A stretch of 60,462 nucleotides of DNA, filler included. It is 6 parts of 6 records of this genome, joined end to end, with 100 filler letters (N's around TTAATTAATTAA, not from the genome) between each part and the next. Parts side by side here need not be neighbours in the genome. Positions count along the whole stretch, not along the records: positions 42,147 to 53,056 come from SRR31156797_16140; positions 53,157 to 60,462 come from SRR31156797_16155; 4 more parts are not named here. One strand, written 5' to 3'. The position numbers were made by a program, and so were the translations under genes. Positions 51,388-60,462 of the stretch are shown here, in pieces. The first letter of the stretch is position 1; the number at the start of each line of letters is the position of its first letter. The notes below the pieces were generated by a model that saw only the letters and a program-made list of their open reading frames with translations, ran no database searches and was not told the origin of the DNA.

Positions 51388-52353
51388 ATGGAAAACAGAG
51401 TAACAACACTACTTAATATCAAATACCCAATTATTTCTGCAGCAATGACATGGGTAACTTCAGCTGAGTTTGTAGCAGCTGTTTCAAATGCTGGCGGATT
51501 AGGAGTTCTAGGACCAAATGCAGGGCAAAATGAAACTTCGTCAACACCATTGGAGAATGCAGAAAATTTAAGAAAAGAAATTCGAAAAGTGAAGCAACTC
51601 ACGGACAATCCATTTGCAGTAAATTACATTTTTCCTATGGGAGGTACAAGTGAAGATCCGTTTACTAGTGCTATATATGATGTCCTTATCGAAGAAAAAA
51701 TTAAAATTGTTGTCGCTATAGGACAAGGTGTAGTACAATATGAAGTTGAGAGATTAAAGGAACAGAACATCACAATAATTTATAGAGACCTTAATCCAAC
51801 GGTTGAAAAACTAATGGAAGCTGAAAAATCAGGCGTAGACGCATTAATTGTGACCGGCTATGAAGCAGGTGGACATATGAGTGAATTTAAAATTAGTACT
51901 CTTTCATTAGTACCACAAGTAACGAAAAAAGCAAGCCTTCCTATCATTGCTGCAGGTGGTATTATTGATGGAATTGGTGCTAAAGCTGTTTTTGATATGG
52001 GAGCAGAAGCGATTTACATGGGAACACGATTCATTGCTACTACAGAAAATCCTGCGAGCATTAGAGCTAAAAAAGCTATTTTAAGCGCTAAAAGTGAAGA
52101 CTTTATTGAGTTTAAATCTGGAACAAGCCATTTAAGGACTTTACCAACCGAGGCCGGAAAAAAAGCACTCGAATTAATCAATTTAGGGAAAGCCGATGAA
52201 GCCTATCCGTATTACAAAAATGGTTTTAAATTAGGATTATTAAAAGGCGACTTGACCAATGGAACCATAAGTGTCTCAGAAGCAGCTGGTGGTATCACTG
52301 AAATTATATCTTGTGCAGAAGTCATTGATCAAATAATGAAACATTTAAAGTAA
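51388..52353 (+). CDS. Nitronate monooxygenase / FabK-like flavoenzyme
   Basis: YPIISAAM, AVSNAGGLG, GYEAGGH, IAAGGI, MGTRF. Confidence 0.88.
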   Translation: MENRVTTLLNIKYPIISAAMTWVTSAEFVAAVSNAGGLGVLGPNAGQNETSSTPLENAENLRKEIRKVKQLTDNPFAVNYIFPMGGTSEDPFTSAIYDVLIEEKIKIVVAIGQGVVQYEVERLKEQNITIIYRDLNPTVEKLMEAEKSGVDALIVTGYEAGGHMSEFKISTLSLVPQVTKKASLPIIAAGGIIDGIGAKAVFDMGAEAIYMGTRFIATTENPASIRAKKAILSAKSEDFIEFKSGTSHLRTLPTEAGKKALELINLGKADEAYPYYKNGFKLGLLKGDLTNGTISVSEAAGGITEIISCAEVIDQIMKHLK

Positions 52354-52379
52354 TAGTAAAAACGTTCCTACCCAATACA

Positions 52380-52423
52380 TGAAGCGAAATCCAAAAGTTA
52401 GATCAAAAATTTAACTTTTGGAT
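52380..52423 (+). mobile_element. Solo IS3/IS150-like end remnant
   Basis: TGAAGCGAAATCCAAAAGTTAGAT followed by the internal inverted copy ATTTAACTTTTGGAT; no transposase follows. Confidence 0.45.
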
Positions 52424-52625
52424 GAAATAAAAAATTCAGTAGTTCTGTCCTAAATAATAGGATAACCCTCTCCTCATTCATCTTTTTTACAACACAGCTT
52501 AAAAAGCCCTTAAAAATAAGAGCTTCCATCTTCACGCTATTTAATATTGAGGATAGCTATATAGTTAAACCAGATAAGATTTCATTCGATAAAATCATGA
52601 GTAACTACTCCAATAGAGATTTGAT

Positions 52626-52841
52626 TCAGGTCGCCATTAACTTTTTATAATTGATCACTGTCTTTTCAGAAGTATTCGTCACATTGGCGATTGATAAGGT
52701 GACAACTGCTGAATTGTTTAACAACTTTACAATTGTCCCAATTACTTGTTTTTTCCTAAAACTAAATGTGACTTGTTGATTTTTTTTAAAAGCCAATCCC
52801 TCGATGGATGGTTGTATTGGTTTCCACTGTCCAAAACTCAT
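52626..52841 (-). CDS. Small SH3-like hypothetical protein (DUF2187-like)
   Basis: GTIVKLLNNSAVV...KTVINYKKL; GGGGAG RBS. Confidence 0.6.
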   Translation of the reverse strand: MSFGQWKPIQPSIEGLAFKKNQQVTFSFRKKQVIGTIVKLLNNSAVVTLSIANVTNTSEKTVINYKKLMAT

Positions 52842-52880
52842 AATAATCTCCCCTTTTTAAATAGTAAAATTAAGTATTAA

Positions 52881-52909
52881 AAAAACCGTCTCAAACAGTT
52901 GAGACGGTT
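52881..52909 (-). terminator. Intrinsic terminator of csp
   Basis: AACCGTCTCAA...TTGAGACGGTT with a T run on the minus strand. Confidence 0.85.
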
Positions 52910-52920
52910 GAACAAATCGT

Positions 52921-53056
52921 TTATGCTGTGTAGATATTAGCAGCTTGCAAGCCGCGTTGACCTTCTTCAGTGTCAAAAGTAACTGCTTGACCTTCATCTA
53001 ATGATTTAAAGCCATCGGCTTGAATTGCTGAAAAATGAGCAAAGACATCTTGACCA
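52921..53056 (-). CDS. csp: Cold-shock protein, 3' half (truncated at contig end)
   Basis: Manual translation [44 protein letters not shown]. Confidence 0.93.
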
Positions 53057-53156
53057 NNNNNNNNNNNNNNNNNNNNNNNNNNNNNNNNNNNNNNNNNNNN
53101 TTAATTAATTAANNNNNNNNNNNNNNNNNNNNNNNNNNNNNNNNNNNNNNNNNNNN
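53057..53156. other. Artificial contig spacer
   Basis: N44-TTAATTAATTAA-N44. Confidence 0.99.
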
Positions 53157-53613
53157 CCAGTTTGCTGTCGAGGTTCCAGGCATCCAGATGGTCAATTTGT
53201 TCCTGTAACTTTGCCTGTTCGGCCATTAACCGATCCATTTCATCCGGATTCTCATAAACCTCTGGCAGCCCAAATTTCAGGTTAATATCTTCATACGCAG
53301 CTAAAATATTCACGGTTTCCTGAACACCTTCCTGTACTATCTCTTTTACGGTTTTAGATTCGTCAAGCTGTGGATCCTGATCTAATAAACCTGCTGAATA
53401 TCCCGGTGCAAAAACCAGTTCTCCGTTAAATGATTTGTCTTGTCCGGCAATAATTTTTAAAAGTGTGGATTTCCCCGAACCATTTAATCCGATTATGCCA
53501 ATTTTAGCACCAAGGAAAAAAGAAAGAGAAATATCTTTTATAACTGTTTTATTTGGTGGGTAGGTTTTACTCACCTTGTACATCGAAAATATTATCTTTT
53601 TATCGTCGCTCAT
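53157..53613 (-). CDS. ettA: ABC-F translational throttle EttA, N-terminal part
   Basis: IIFSMYKVSK...DISLSFFLGAKIGIIGLNGSGKSTLL...DAWNLD. Confidence 0.88.
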
Positions 53614-53690
53614 TTTTTTAATTTTAATACTGCAAAATTAGGAAAAGGGAATGATTAAATACTATAGAATTTGGGTGAAGAAAAGAATAT

Positions 53691-54161
53691 TCACAACTTT
53701 TTTATATCATCTTCAAAATCCAACTGAATGTCTTCATGTAGCATCGAAATTACTTTTTGAATTCTTTTTACCTGGTTTATGTACATATTCTGAACCACTC
53801 GACTTGAATTTATTCGTAGTCCCGATTTTCGCATTTTCAAACAGAAATATATCAACAGCTCAATTTCTGTTTCTTTTATTCCTGAATAGCGAATGTACTT
53901 TTTGGTTGTCCTCAGTACCTTACGAATTGTTTTTTTTGCAAGGTAAAAACTACTTCGGTTGAGGGTTAAAAACTGGATGTCGATTTCTTCTTTTACCAGT
54001 TTTATAAACTCCTGTTCATTGTATGCATCAAAAAGAAGATAACCCAATAATTCCTTGTTTTCCTTTTTATATTTTGCCAACCTGATTATTATTTCCTGCA
54101 ACTTTTCAGGCGGAATATTTTTTAATTCTTTTTTGATAATGCTTAGTGAAGCAGTTTCCAT
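53691..54161 (-). CDS. Hypothetical protein
   Basis: 156-aa ORF, RLAKYKKENKELLGYLLF...LHEDIQLD. Confidence 0.75.
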   Translation of the reverse strand: METASLSIIKKELKNIPPEKLQEIIIRLAKYKKENKELLGYLLFDAYNEQEFIKLVKEEIDIQFLTLNRSSFYLAKKTIRKVLRTTKKYIRYSGIKETEIELLIYFCLKMRKSGLRINSSRVVQNMYINQVKRIQKVISMLHEDIQLDFEDDIKKL

Positions 54162-54183
54162 AAAAAATTTATTTTCGACGAAA

Positions 54184-54921
54184 TTAACAAATTATATTTT
54201 TCTCATTTATTGATCTTCTCAAAAACATCACATTTCCAATTATTATAAGTGCCATGCCAATAACAAAAATTTTCCATTTAAATTCGACAGGTGAAAATGT
54301 GGTTAATTCTTTTAAAAACTCAGAATTTTCGGGCAGGGTGAAAAAAGTATTCAAATAATTCCCTTTAATAATAATAAGTCCGAAATCGTATGTAAATGAA
54401 ATAATTATGATTACCGCACCGAAAATGAGCAACCAAAGTTCTTTTCTTTTTATAGAGTTAATTTTATTTTTTATCCTGAAATACTCGAACATTAAACTCA
54501 TTATAATCATAAATGCTGAACAAATAACCGGCGCTAAAACAGGGCCAATCCACGTAATTGGTATTAGAAATAGAATATCCCAGGTTAACAGCGATTCGGG
54601 CCAACCGAGAAAAAGTTTTAAAGCGATGTAGTAAAAGATATCCCAAATTCCGAAACAAAAAAGAAATATCGAAAGTCGCTGTAGAAATGTTTTGCCGGAA
54701 ATCCAGGCAACAGAACCAAGCATTAAGAGCATACAAAATTCCCGTATTAACTCTATACCTATCAACCACGGGGGCAACATTTTTAAAGGAAAACTAAATC
54801 CTTCGGGATAATAAAGTTCACGCACATAAACCACAACAATGGCTTCTAAAAAACCCATTGCTAAAGCAAAAATAAATAGTACAAGAAAATTAGATTTTTG
54901 CTGTGTTGATTCATCGTTCAT
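54184..54921 (-). CDS. Integral membrane hypothetical protein
   Basis: Multiple TM segments; LEAIVVVYVR, GIWDIFYY, WDILFLIP. Confidence 0.78.
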   Translation of the reverse strand: MNDESTQQKSNFLVLFIFALAMGFLEAIVVVYVRELYYPEGFSFPLKMLPPWLIGIELIREFCMLLMLGSVAWISGKTFLQRLSIFLFCFGIWDIFYYIALKLFLGWPESLLTWDILFLIPITWIGPVLAPVICSAFMIIMSLMFEYFRIKNKINSIKRKELWLLIFGAVIIIISFTYDFGLIIIKGNYLNTFFTLPENSEFLKELTTFSPVEFKWKIFVIGMALIIIGNVMFLRRSINEKNIIC

Positions 54922-55025
54922 TTTCTTAATCGTTATTTATAAATTAAAAGGTATACGAATCAGAATTAAGTTAGATTCAATTAATTTTTTATAAAAGATT
55001 ATTTAAAATGTGATGATAAAAAAGA

Positions 55026-55150
55026 AAAACGCAACTACTATATGTAATTGCGTTTAGTGTGCCCAGTAAAGGACGATTTTGTATTTTCTTTTGTTCTTAA
55101 AATCAGTTTGTTACAAAGGTCAGTAAATTTTGTTCTCGGTAAAGTCTCTC
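55026..55150 (-). other. Possible attachment-site scar (tRNA 3'-end-like fragment plus hairpin)
   Basis: Reverse complement of 55059-55074 is GTCCTTTACTGGGCAC, resembling a tRNA T-stem/acceptor 3' end; adjacent hairpin AAACGCAA..TTGCGTTT; AAATCAGTTTGTTA IHF-like motif. Confidence 0.4.
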
Positions 55151-55260
55151 TTGTATTTCAACAATATGTTTATTAACTAACAAAGATAAGAATTTAAATG
55201 AAGAAGGAGTTAATGATTTTGTTGTGTTTTAGTGGATTCATTTTAAATGGTTTATTTTTA

Positions 55261-55794
55261 TTATTTTATTTTAGTAAAGTAATTTTCAAAAGTGGCATTT
55301 TCTATCATTTTATTTATTTCACCAATTGTAATTAATTCAGGAAGAATAGTACTATTTGAATGATAGTATTCAATATATGGGTCTGTTTGTATTATTCTAG
55401 GTAAAATTAAGTTATTTGGCCAGTGGTTGACTTTGTGTTTTAAATTGTATTTAACATATTCCGATATAGATATATTAGTAAATACATCATTAAAAGATGC
55501 TTCTGTGTCTAGAATATAACCTGATCTTAGACGCCATCTAAAGTTTTGCTCAATGTTATCTTCATTATTAATTGAAACACGTCGATCATTTAAATAATAC
55601 GAAGGAACTGCATTGGGTTTTCCTTCATCTGTAAGCTGTAAGCTTATGTAGTTGAAGTAGTTTTTATCTGTTTTATAGATACTTATACCACCTTCAAAAA
55701 ATATTTCAATATTATCATCAGCATATTCAAGATTATCTTTTTGGCAGCCTATAACTAAAAATAGCAAGAGTAAAACTATTCCACTTAATTTCAT
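55261..55794 (-). CDS. Hypothetical lipoprotein
   Basis: VIGC lipobox. Confidence 0.7.
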   Translation of the reverse strand: MKLSGIVLLLLFLVIGCQKDNLEYADDNIEIFFEGGISIYKTDKNYFNYISLQLTDEGKPNAVPSYYLNDRRVSINNEDNIEQNFRWRLRSGYILDTEASFNDVFTNISISEYVKYNLKHKVNHWPNNLILPRIIQTDPYIEYYHSNSTILPELITIGEINKMIENATFENYFTKIK

Positions 55795-56124
55795 AATTTT
55801 TGGTTTTTCGTATTCAATGTAATTGTAATAACAAAGAGTGAGAGCATTTGAGAGAGGTATTTGTTTGTTGTATAAAACTTTTCAACCTTGTTGTAGTCTA
55901 CATTTTTATTATTGAATGTTTATTTAAGGGGCACGTTTCATTTGAATGATGTTTTAATTTTTGTATTTGAGATAACTAATTTACAAAAATATTATGTAAA
56001 TAAAAACTTATAAAAGAAAGAATAAGATCTAAAATAATGGTGCTTTATTTGGCGCTTAGGATAAGACTATTTTATCGTTTTTGTTTCTACACGCGGTTTC
56101 GATTTTTTAATTGGTTCTTTTAGT

Positions 56125-56906
56125 CAAAAACAAATTAAATATACAGTTACCTTTGATTGAGATTTACCTTGTATGACTCAAATATTTACATTCAGAACTT
56201 GTCTTAGCGAAGAGAAAACTATCCCCCAAGTTGTATTTGAATATGCGAAGAAAGTTCATAGTGCAACCTTTACCTTTGACCGCGGAGTAGGAAAACGAGA
56301 AATGTTCCGCAAACTCTCAGAACAAGGAACTTCTTTTTTAACAAGAATTTAATCCAGGGGCAAAATATAATTTGATCCGCGAATTGGAAGATGGTAAATT
56401 ACGAAAAGCAGGAAGCCTTCAACTCATCAAAGACCTAGAAGTACAGCTAACTAAGAACAGAAATGAGCATTGGAAATTTGCTGAAGAAAAGTTCCGCTTG
56501 ACAATAGCCCGTAATCCAGAAAGTGGAACCGAATATTGGTTTTTGACCAATATGTCAGACATTACTGTAGAGGAGGTGTTGTTGCATTATAAACAACACT
56601 GGGATATTGAAGTGTTTTTTAAATTTCTTAAACAGGAATTAAATTTAAGCCATATTACTTCGACAAATCCAAATGGAATAGCAGTAATGATGTATATATG
56701 ACCATGATTACTGCAATGCTCGTAATGGTTTATAAAAAGCTGAACAATGTAGGTTATAAAACTACAGTGCGGAGAATTTCACTTGAGCTTAATGAGTTAA
56801 TCATAAAAATGATAGTTAAACATTGCGGTGGAGATCCGAGTTTAGTTTTTCGCTGATTTTCATAACGTAAATTTGTGTGCCTCGGAGATTCTTCCGAACA
56901 CTCCTA
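56125..56906 (+). mobile_element. IS4-family transposase pseudogene with right end
   Basis: FDRG, FLTN, YKQHWDIEVFFKFLKQEL (YREK-like); internal stops and frameshifts; 5' part missing. Confidence 0.82.
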
Positions 56907-56932
56907 ATTATAAATCGGCGCGAGCGGGGGCG

Positions 56933-57055
56933 GACAAAGAACTCCTGAACCAGTTCAAGAGCATTGAAAAACTACCGGAAGCGGATAAAAATGTGGTAAA
57001 GGTTTTCCTTGATGCATTTATTACTAAAAAGAAACTTAAGCAATTGGCTCTATAA
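56933..57055 (+). pseudogene. C-terminal remnant of an XRE-family HTH regulator
   Basis: DKELLNQFKSIEKLPEADKNVVKVFLDAFI; N-terminus replaced by the IS4 remnant. Confidence 0.55.
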
Positions 57056-57085
57056 AAAGAAAACGCCCGCTGCACTATAAAAGCA

Positions 57086-57110
57086 AAAAGCCCGGACTTG
57101 CCGGGCTTTT
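57086..57110. terminator. Bidirectional intrinsic terminator
   Basis: AAAAGCCCGG-ACTTG-CCGGGCTTTT between convergent ORFs. Confidence 0.85.
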
Positions 57111-57132
57111 ATTATACTAAGTTGTTCTCGCT

Positions 57133-57606
57133 TCACTTTTTATCCGTTAAATCAACATACACCCTAACAAATTCTAAATCCGCAGCAGTATCTATTTTTA
57201 ACGATTGTATATCTTTTATTTCCAACTTTAAAAGCCTTTTTGTCAGCTTATAGTTATTTGCTATTTGCTCATTTAGATAATACTCAACCTTTCGCATATC
57301 CGTGCTATCCATAGTTAATTCTATTGTTTTATTAAGATGCAAATACCCCGCTTTTGTTTTGGAAGTATAGATATAACACACACTCTCTTTAGGTATTCGC
57401 AATGCAGGGTTATCATACACAACCTTAGTGTCCGATTTACTTCGTTGCTTACCCCAAGTTTCTACTATTATTTTAGGGACTCTCTGATACTGTAAATCAT
57501 CAAAAAACACCTGCCTTGACATTAAAGCATTTTCAGGCATTTCGACTCCTTGCCCGAAGCCAAACAAAGAGTGTAGCAATATTAATGTAGTTACTATATA
57601 TCTCAT
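57133..57606 (-). CDS. Secreted protein, candidate immunity protein
   Basis: Signal peptide; starts 2 nt after the Rhs toxin stop. Confidence 0.6.
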   Translation of the reverse strand: MRYIVTTLILLHSLFGFGQGVEMPENALMSRQVFFDDLQYQRVPKIIVETWGKQRSKSDTKVVYDNPALRIPKESVCYIYTSKTKAGYLHLNKTIELTMDSTDMRKVEYYLNEQIANNYKLTKRLLKLEIKDIQSLKIDTAADLEFVRVYVDLTDKK

Positions 57607-57608
57607 AA

Positions 57609-58395
57609 TTAGTAATTAGCTGGCGTTGCAGGTTTTGGATGATGAGGCATATCGTAAGGTCTTGTATTCATCTTCATAATACCCCTAACGTTATTCTCAG
57701 TATCAATTACACTACCTCTATACTCTGATTTACCTGCATTAACTTCTCCAATTTCATGAAAAAGTTTTGACATTGTATTCTGCTTTACGTTTGTTGGATT
57801 TTCTATATTCTTTATCTGCTGCATTGGATTATCAGAATATTCCCAGACATCTATGTTAGTCGCATTAGGGCTAATTACAATCATATTTTGGTCAGCATCA
57901 AAAAGTCCTCCTCCCATATCATTAACAACATTTAATTCATTTCCTTTGGCATCAGTGTGTGTTTCAGAATACTTTAATTCAACTTTCTCCTCTGATGACA
58001 TAACCTTATCAAGACTATTAAATGCTTTACGTTGGTCGCCTTTAAAATCTTTTTTACCATTCCCATTATATACCAAGTTTCCACTTTCGTCATAGGAAAA
58101 ATTAGATGCATTATCACCAAAGGTATTTGTTAAATCATTGTTCAATGCCTCTCTATGCTCTTCTGCGACATTTATACTATCTCCATTAACATCTATTTAA
58201 AGTATTGGATTATTTGCAGCATATTGATAAGGTGAGAAGTCTAAATATTTCTCAGCGAACCTGTCTTGTACGTGGAACCTACCAAGAGCAGGGTCGTACA
58301 TTCTCCATCCATAATCGTAATTCTCAAAGAACTCATTTTGTAATTCTTTACCGTTGTAAAGGTACTTATTTTTATCTAAATTATTTTCGGAATAC
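57609..58395 (-). pseudogene. Rhs-repeat core plus C-terminal toxin, interrupted by an in-frame TAA at 58197-58199
   Basis: KYLYNGKEL...[15 protein letters not shown]...[19 protein letters not shown] continues in frame into the 57609-58145 ORF. Confidence 0.85.
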
Positions 58396-58400
58396 ATTCT

Positions 58401-58675
58401 GATAAACAATTTGCTTTCGCCTTTGTGGTGGAGGCGTAATGCTTTTCGAACCATATTCATATCTGTAAGTTTATTGGCCATAATGCATACATTTTATTTT
58501 GTTAAATGCATGCTAATTTATGGTTTCAACAGCTCCGAAAAAGTTCTTTCTGTGGGGTGGTCGCTTTGCGTCGGCAAAGGTGGTCACGTTCAATCGCAGA
58601 AGGGTGGTCAGTTTGTGTCGGCAGGGGTGGCCAACTTGAATCGTTATAGGGTGGTCACTTTCATCGGTTTTTCCA
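58401..58675 (-). mobile_element. IS21-family left end with an istA N-terminal fragment
   Basis: Starts TGGAAAAACCG; five (G/T)G(A/G)CCACC units at about 23-bp spacing; [27 protein letters not shown]. Confidence 0.78.
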
Positions 58676-58896
58676 ATTAGAGATCATGTAAAATACTTTC
58701 TTGATAAAATATAACTTTTACAAGTAACAAAAAAGATAAACATTTTACCAGAAATGGCACTACAGGTAAAACTAATAATGACACATCAATTACTATTTTA
58801 TTACGTTGTGCGCTTTCTATTATATTGCGTTGATAGAGCCTGCTGTCCTTCACTTGTTGGGCAATATTATAGGCTTGAATGAACTTTATAAACCCT

Positions 58897-58979
58897 TATT
58901 GCCTTTGAAAAATATATTTTCCAGCTTATTATTGCCTTTGAAAAATGTATTTTATTGAGTAATATTGCCTTTGAAAAAT
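58897..58979 (+). repeat. Three identical 17-bp direct repeats at a 33-bp period
   Basis: TATTGCCTTTGAAAAAT at 58897, 58930 and 58963. Confidence 0.95.
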
Positions 58980-58987
58980 GACTTCGT

Positions 58988-60310
58988 ATGTATTTAGAAC
59001 GCAATATTGATAGAGAGTTACTTCAATGGAAAGATGAAGTAAATCGAAAACCACTACTTATTAGAGGGGCAAGACAAGTAGGAAAATCTTCATCGATAAG
59101 GAAATTAGGAGAGAGATTTGAATTTTATCTCGAAATCAACTTTGAAGAACGTAAGGATGTCCATGCATTATTCGATGGAAACTTAACGCCACAGGTGCTT
59201 TGTGAAAATTTGTCCATTTTGTTTGATATGGAAATTATTCCGGGACGAACCCTATTGTTCTTTGATGAGATTCAAACTTGTATCCCGGCAATTTCATCTT
59301 TACGATTTTTCTATGAAAAAATGCCGGAATTGCATCTGGTGGCTGCCGGTTCATTACTGGAATTTGCTTTGGCTGAAATTCCGTCATTCGGTGTTGGGCG
59401 CATTCGTTCGCTTTATATGTATCCATTATCGTTTGATGAATTTTTGTTAGGACTGGGACAAAGAAAGCTTGTTGAAGCAAAAGAAAAGGCTGATAGTAAA
59501 AATCCGTTATTAATTCCAGTACATGAAAAATTACTGGACTTGTTAAAGAAGTTTTTAGTTATTGGAGGAATGCCAGAGGTAGTTGAGACTTATGTTAGTA
59601 CCAATGATTTAAAAAGATGTCAAATGGTCCTGGATGACTTGATTATTTCATTTCATACAGACTTTGCAAAGTATAAAAACAGGTTTCCTTCTTCCCGCAT
59701 TCGGGAAGTCTTTGAATCCGTAGTGCATCAATCTGGAGGAAAATTTGTTTATAAAAAAGCTTCACAAGATTTAAGTACCAAACAAATAAAAGAAGCACTT
59801 GAATTACTAATTATGGCTGGTCTTGTAATTCCGGTGGTTCATACTTCGGGGAATGGTATTCCGTTAGGAGCTGAAGTAAATCCGAAGAAAAGAAAGATGT
59901 TGCTGCTTGATACAGGTATTTTTCAACGATTGATGCAACTTGATATTGCAGAGTTGCTGTTTAGTGAAGAATTTAAACTGGTAAACAAAGGGGGAATTGC
60001 AGAACAATATGTAGGGTTGGAAATCTTAAAAAATACATCGTGTTATACTAAAACAGAGTTGTTTTATTGGCATCGTGAAGCACTAAATAGCAATGCCGAA
60101 GTAGATTGTCTTATTCAGAAAAAGAACGATATTGTGCCTATTGAAGTTAAGTCTGGTACCAAAGGTTCGATGAATAGCATGTTTCTATTCTTGAAAGAGA
60201 AAAAGAGAGATTTAGGATTTAGGCTATCGTTAGAGAATTTTGCTGAATATGACAATATTCGAGTGTGTCCTCTTTATGCCATAAAAAATATTCTGAATGA
60301 AAATTATTAA
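58988..60310 (+). CDS. AAA+ ATPase (AAA_14 + DUF4143) with a C-terminal PD-(D/E)xK-like motif
   Basis: Walker A GARQVGKS, Walker B FFDEIQ, GGMPE, DTG, EVD...PIEVKSG. Confidence 0.9.
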   Translation: MYLERNIDRELLQWKDEVNRKPLLIRGARQVGKSSSIRKLGERFEFYLEINFEERKDVHALFDGNLTPQVLCENLSILFDMEIIPGRTLLFFDEIQTCIPAISSLRFFYEKMPELHLVAAGSLLEFALAEIPSFGVGRIRSLYMYPLSFDEFLLGLGQRKLVEAKEKADSKNPLLIPVHEKLLDLLKKFLVIGGMPEVVETYVSTNDLKRCQMVLDDLIISFHTDFAKYKNRFPSSRIREVFESVVHQSGGKFVYKKASQDLSTKQIKEALELLIMAGLVIPVVHTSGNGIPLGAEVNPKKRKMLLLDTGIFQRLMQLDIAELLFSEEFKLVNKGGIAEQYVGLEILKNTSCYTKTELFYWHREALNSNAEVDCLIQKKNDIVPIEVKSGTKGSMNSMFLFLKEKKRDLGFRLSLENFAEYDNIRVCPLYAIKNILNENY

Positions 60311-60462
60311 TAATGGAAAATAGATTAAAGACAGAAGAAGATTATGTTAAAGCTTGTAAGAGAGTTAATTTTTTGATGCATAGATTAAATATAGGCTGTC
60401 CGCTAAAATATGTATTTTTACCCATGTCTATCTTTTGTTGTGGTAAACTAAAAATAGACATA

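Noticed and set aside
42147..53056. Plasmid or complete phage
   Set aside because: No replication, integrase, capsid or terminase gene is seen despite the terminal overlap.
12013..53156. Five copies of TTAATTAATTAA within N runs, and any gene association across them
   Set aside because: Artificial linkers with stops in all six frames; the contigs differ in composition and gene content, so cross-spacer neighbourhoods mean nothing.
58197..58481. Novel 94-aa HTH-Rhs fusion protein
   Set aside because: A chance in-frame junction of an istA stub with an Rhs fragment.
58550..58675. GGTGGTCA repeats at about 23-bp spacing as a novel array
   Set aside because: Explained by the multiple transposase-binding repeats of an IS21 end next to an istA fragment.
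58897..58979. Possible mini CRISPR array
   Set aside because: 17-bp repeats and 16-bp spacers are too short, the repeat is not palindromic and there are no cas genes; reported as a repeat array instead.

Overview
This window is not one locus. It holds six unrelated contigs joined by artificial 100-nt spacers (N44-TTAATTAATTAA-N44) at 12013-12112, 22822-22921, 31981-32080, 42047-42146 and 53057-53156. Taxonomic labels are my estimates from gene content and composition. (1) 1-12012, moderately GC-rich, Desulfobacterota-like: ribE-ribBA-ribH-nusB-leuS, with nusB reading into leuS without a stop and a degenerate RibB domain, plus a Zn-ADH, a REC-GGDEF, a Fur-FeoA fusion, tandem AbrB/VapC and MntA/HepT toxin-antitoxin pairs, and argC. 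(2) 12113-22821, very AT-rich, Fusobacteria/Clostridia-like: a surface polysaccharide cluster (wbbJ/wbbK-like, bcbEFG-like cassette, acyltransferases, pseudogenes, a MITE-like element). (3) 22922-31980, Bacteroidota-like: an attC-like cassette, an ADP-dependent sugar kinase, a LytTR plus serine hydrolase pair, and an ABM/MarR pair. (4) 32081-42046, Arcobacter-like: T2SS-like gspG/H/F genes and an SBP-SBP-membrane CheA-like kinase-CheX-CheY-GGDEF-HK signalling operon. (5) 42147-53056, Enterococcus-like: a region whose two ends overlap by 29 nt inside a cold-shock gene, with AbrB/Doc, phage remnants, a candidate sRNA and TetR/HxlR-controlled oxidoreductases. (6) 53157-60462, Bacteroidota-like: ettA, a tRNA-like att scar, IS4 and IS21 remnants, an inactivated Rhs toxin with a candidate immunity gene, and an AAA_14/DUF4143 ATPase preceded by three 17-bp repeats at an exact 33-bp period. 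I saw no CRISPR array, rRNA or intact tRNA. All family calls come from motif recognition by eye; no database search was run.
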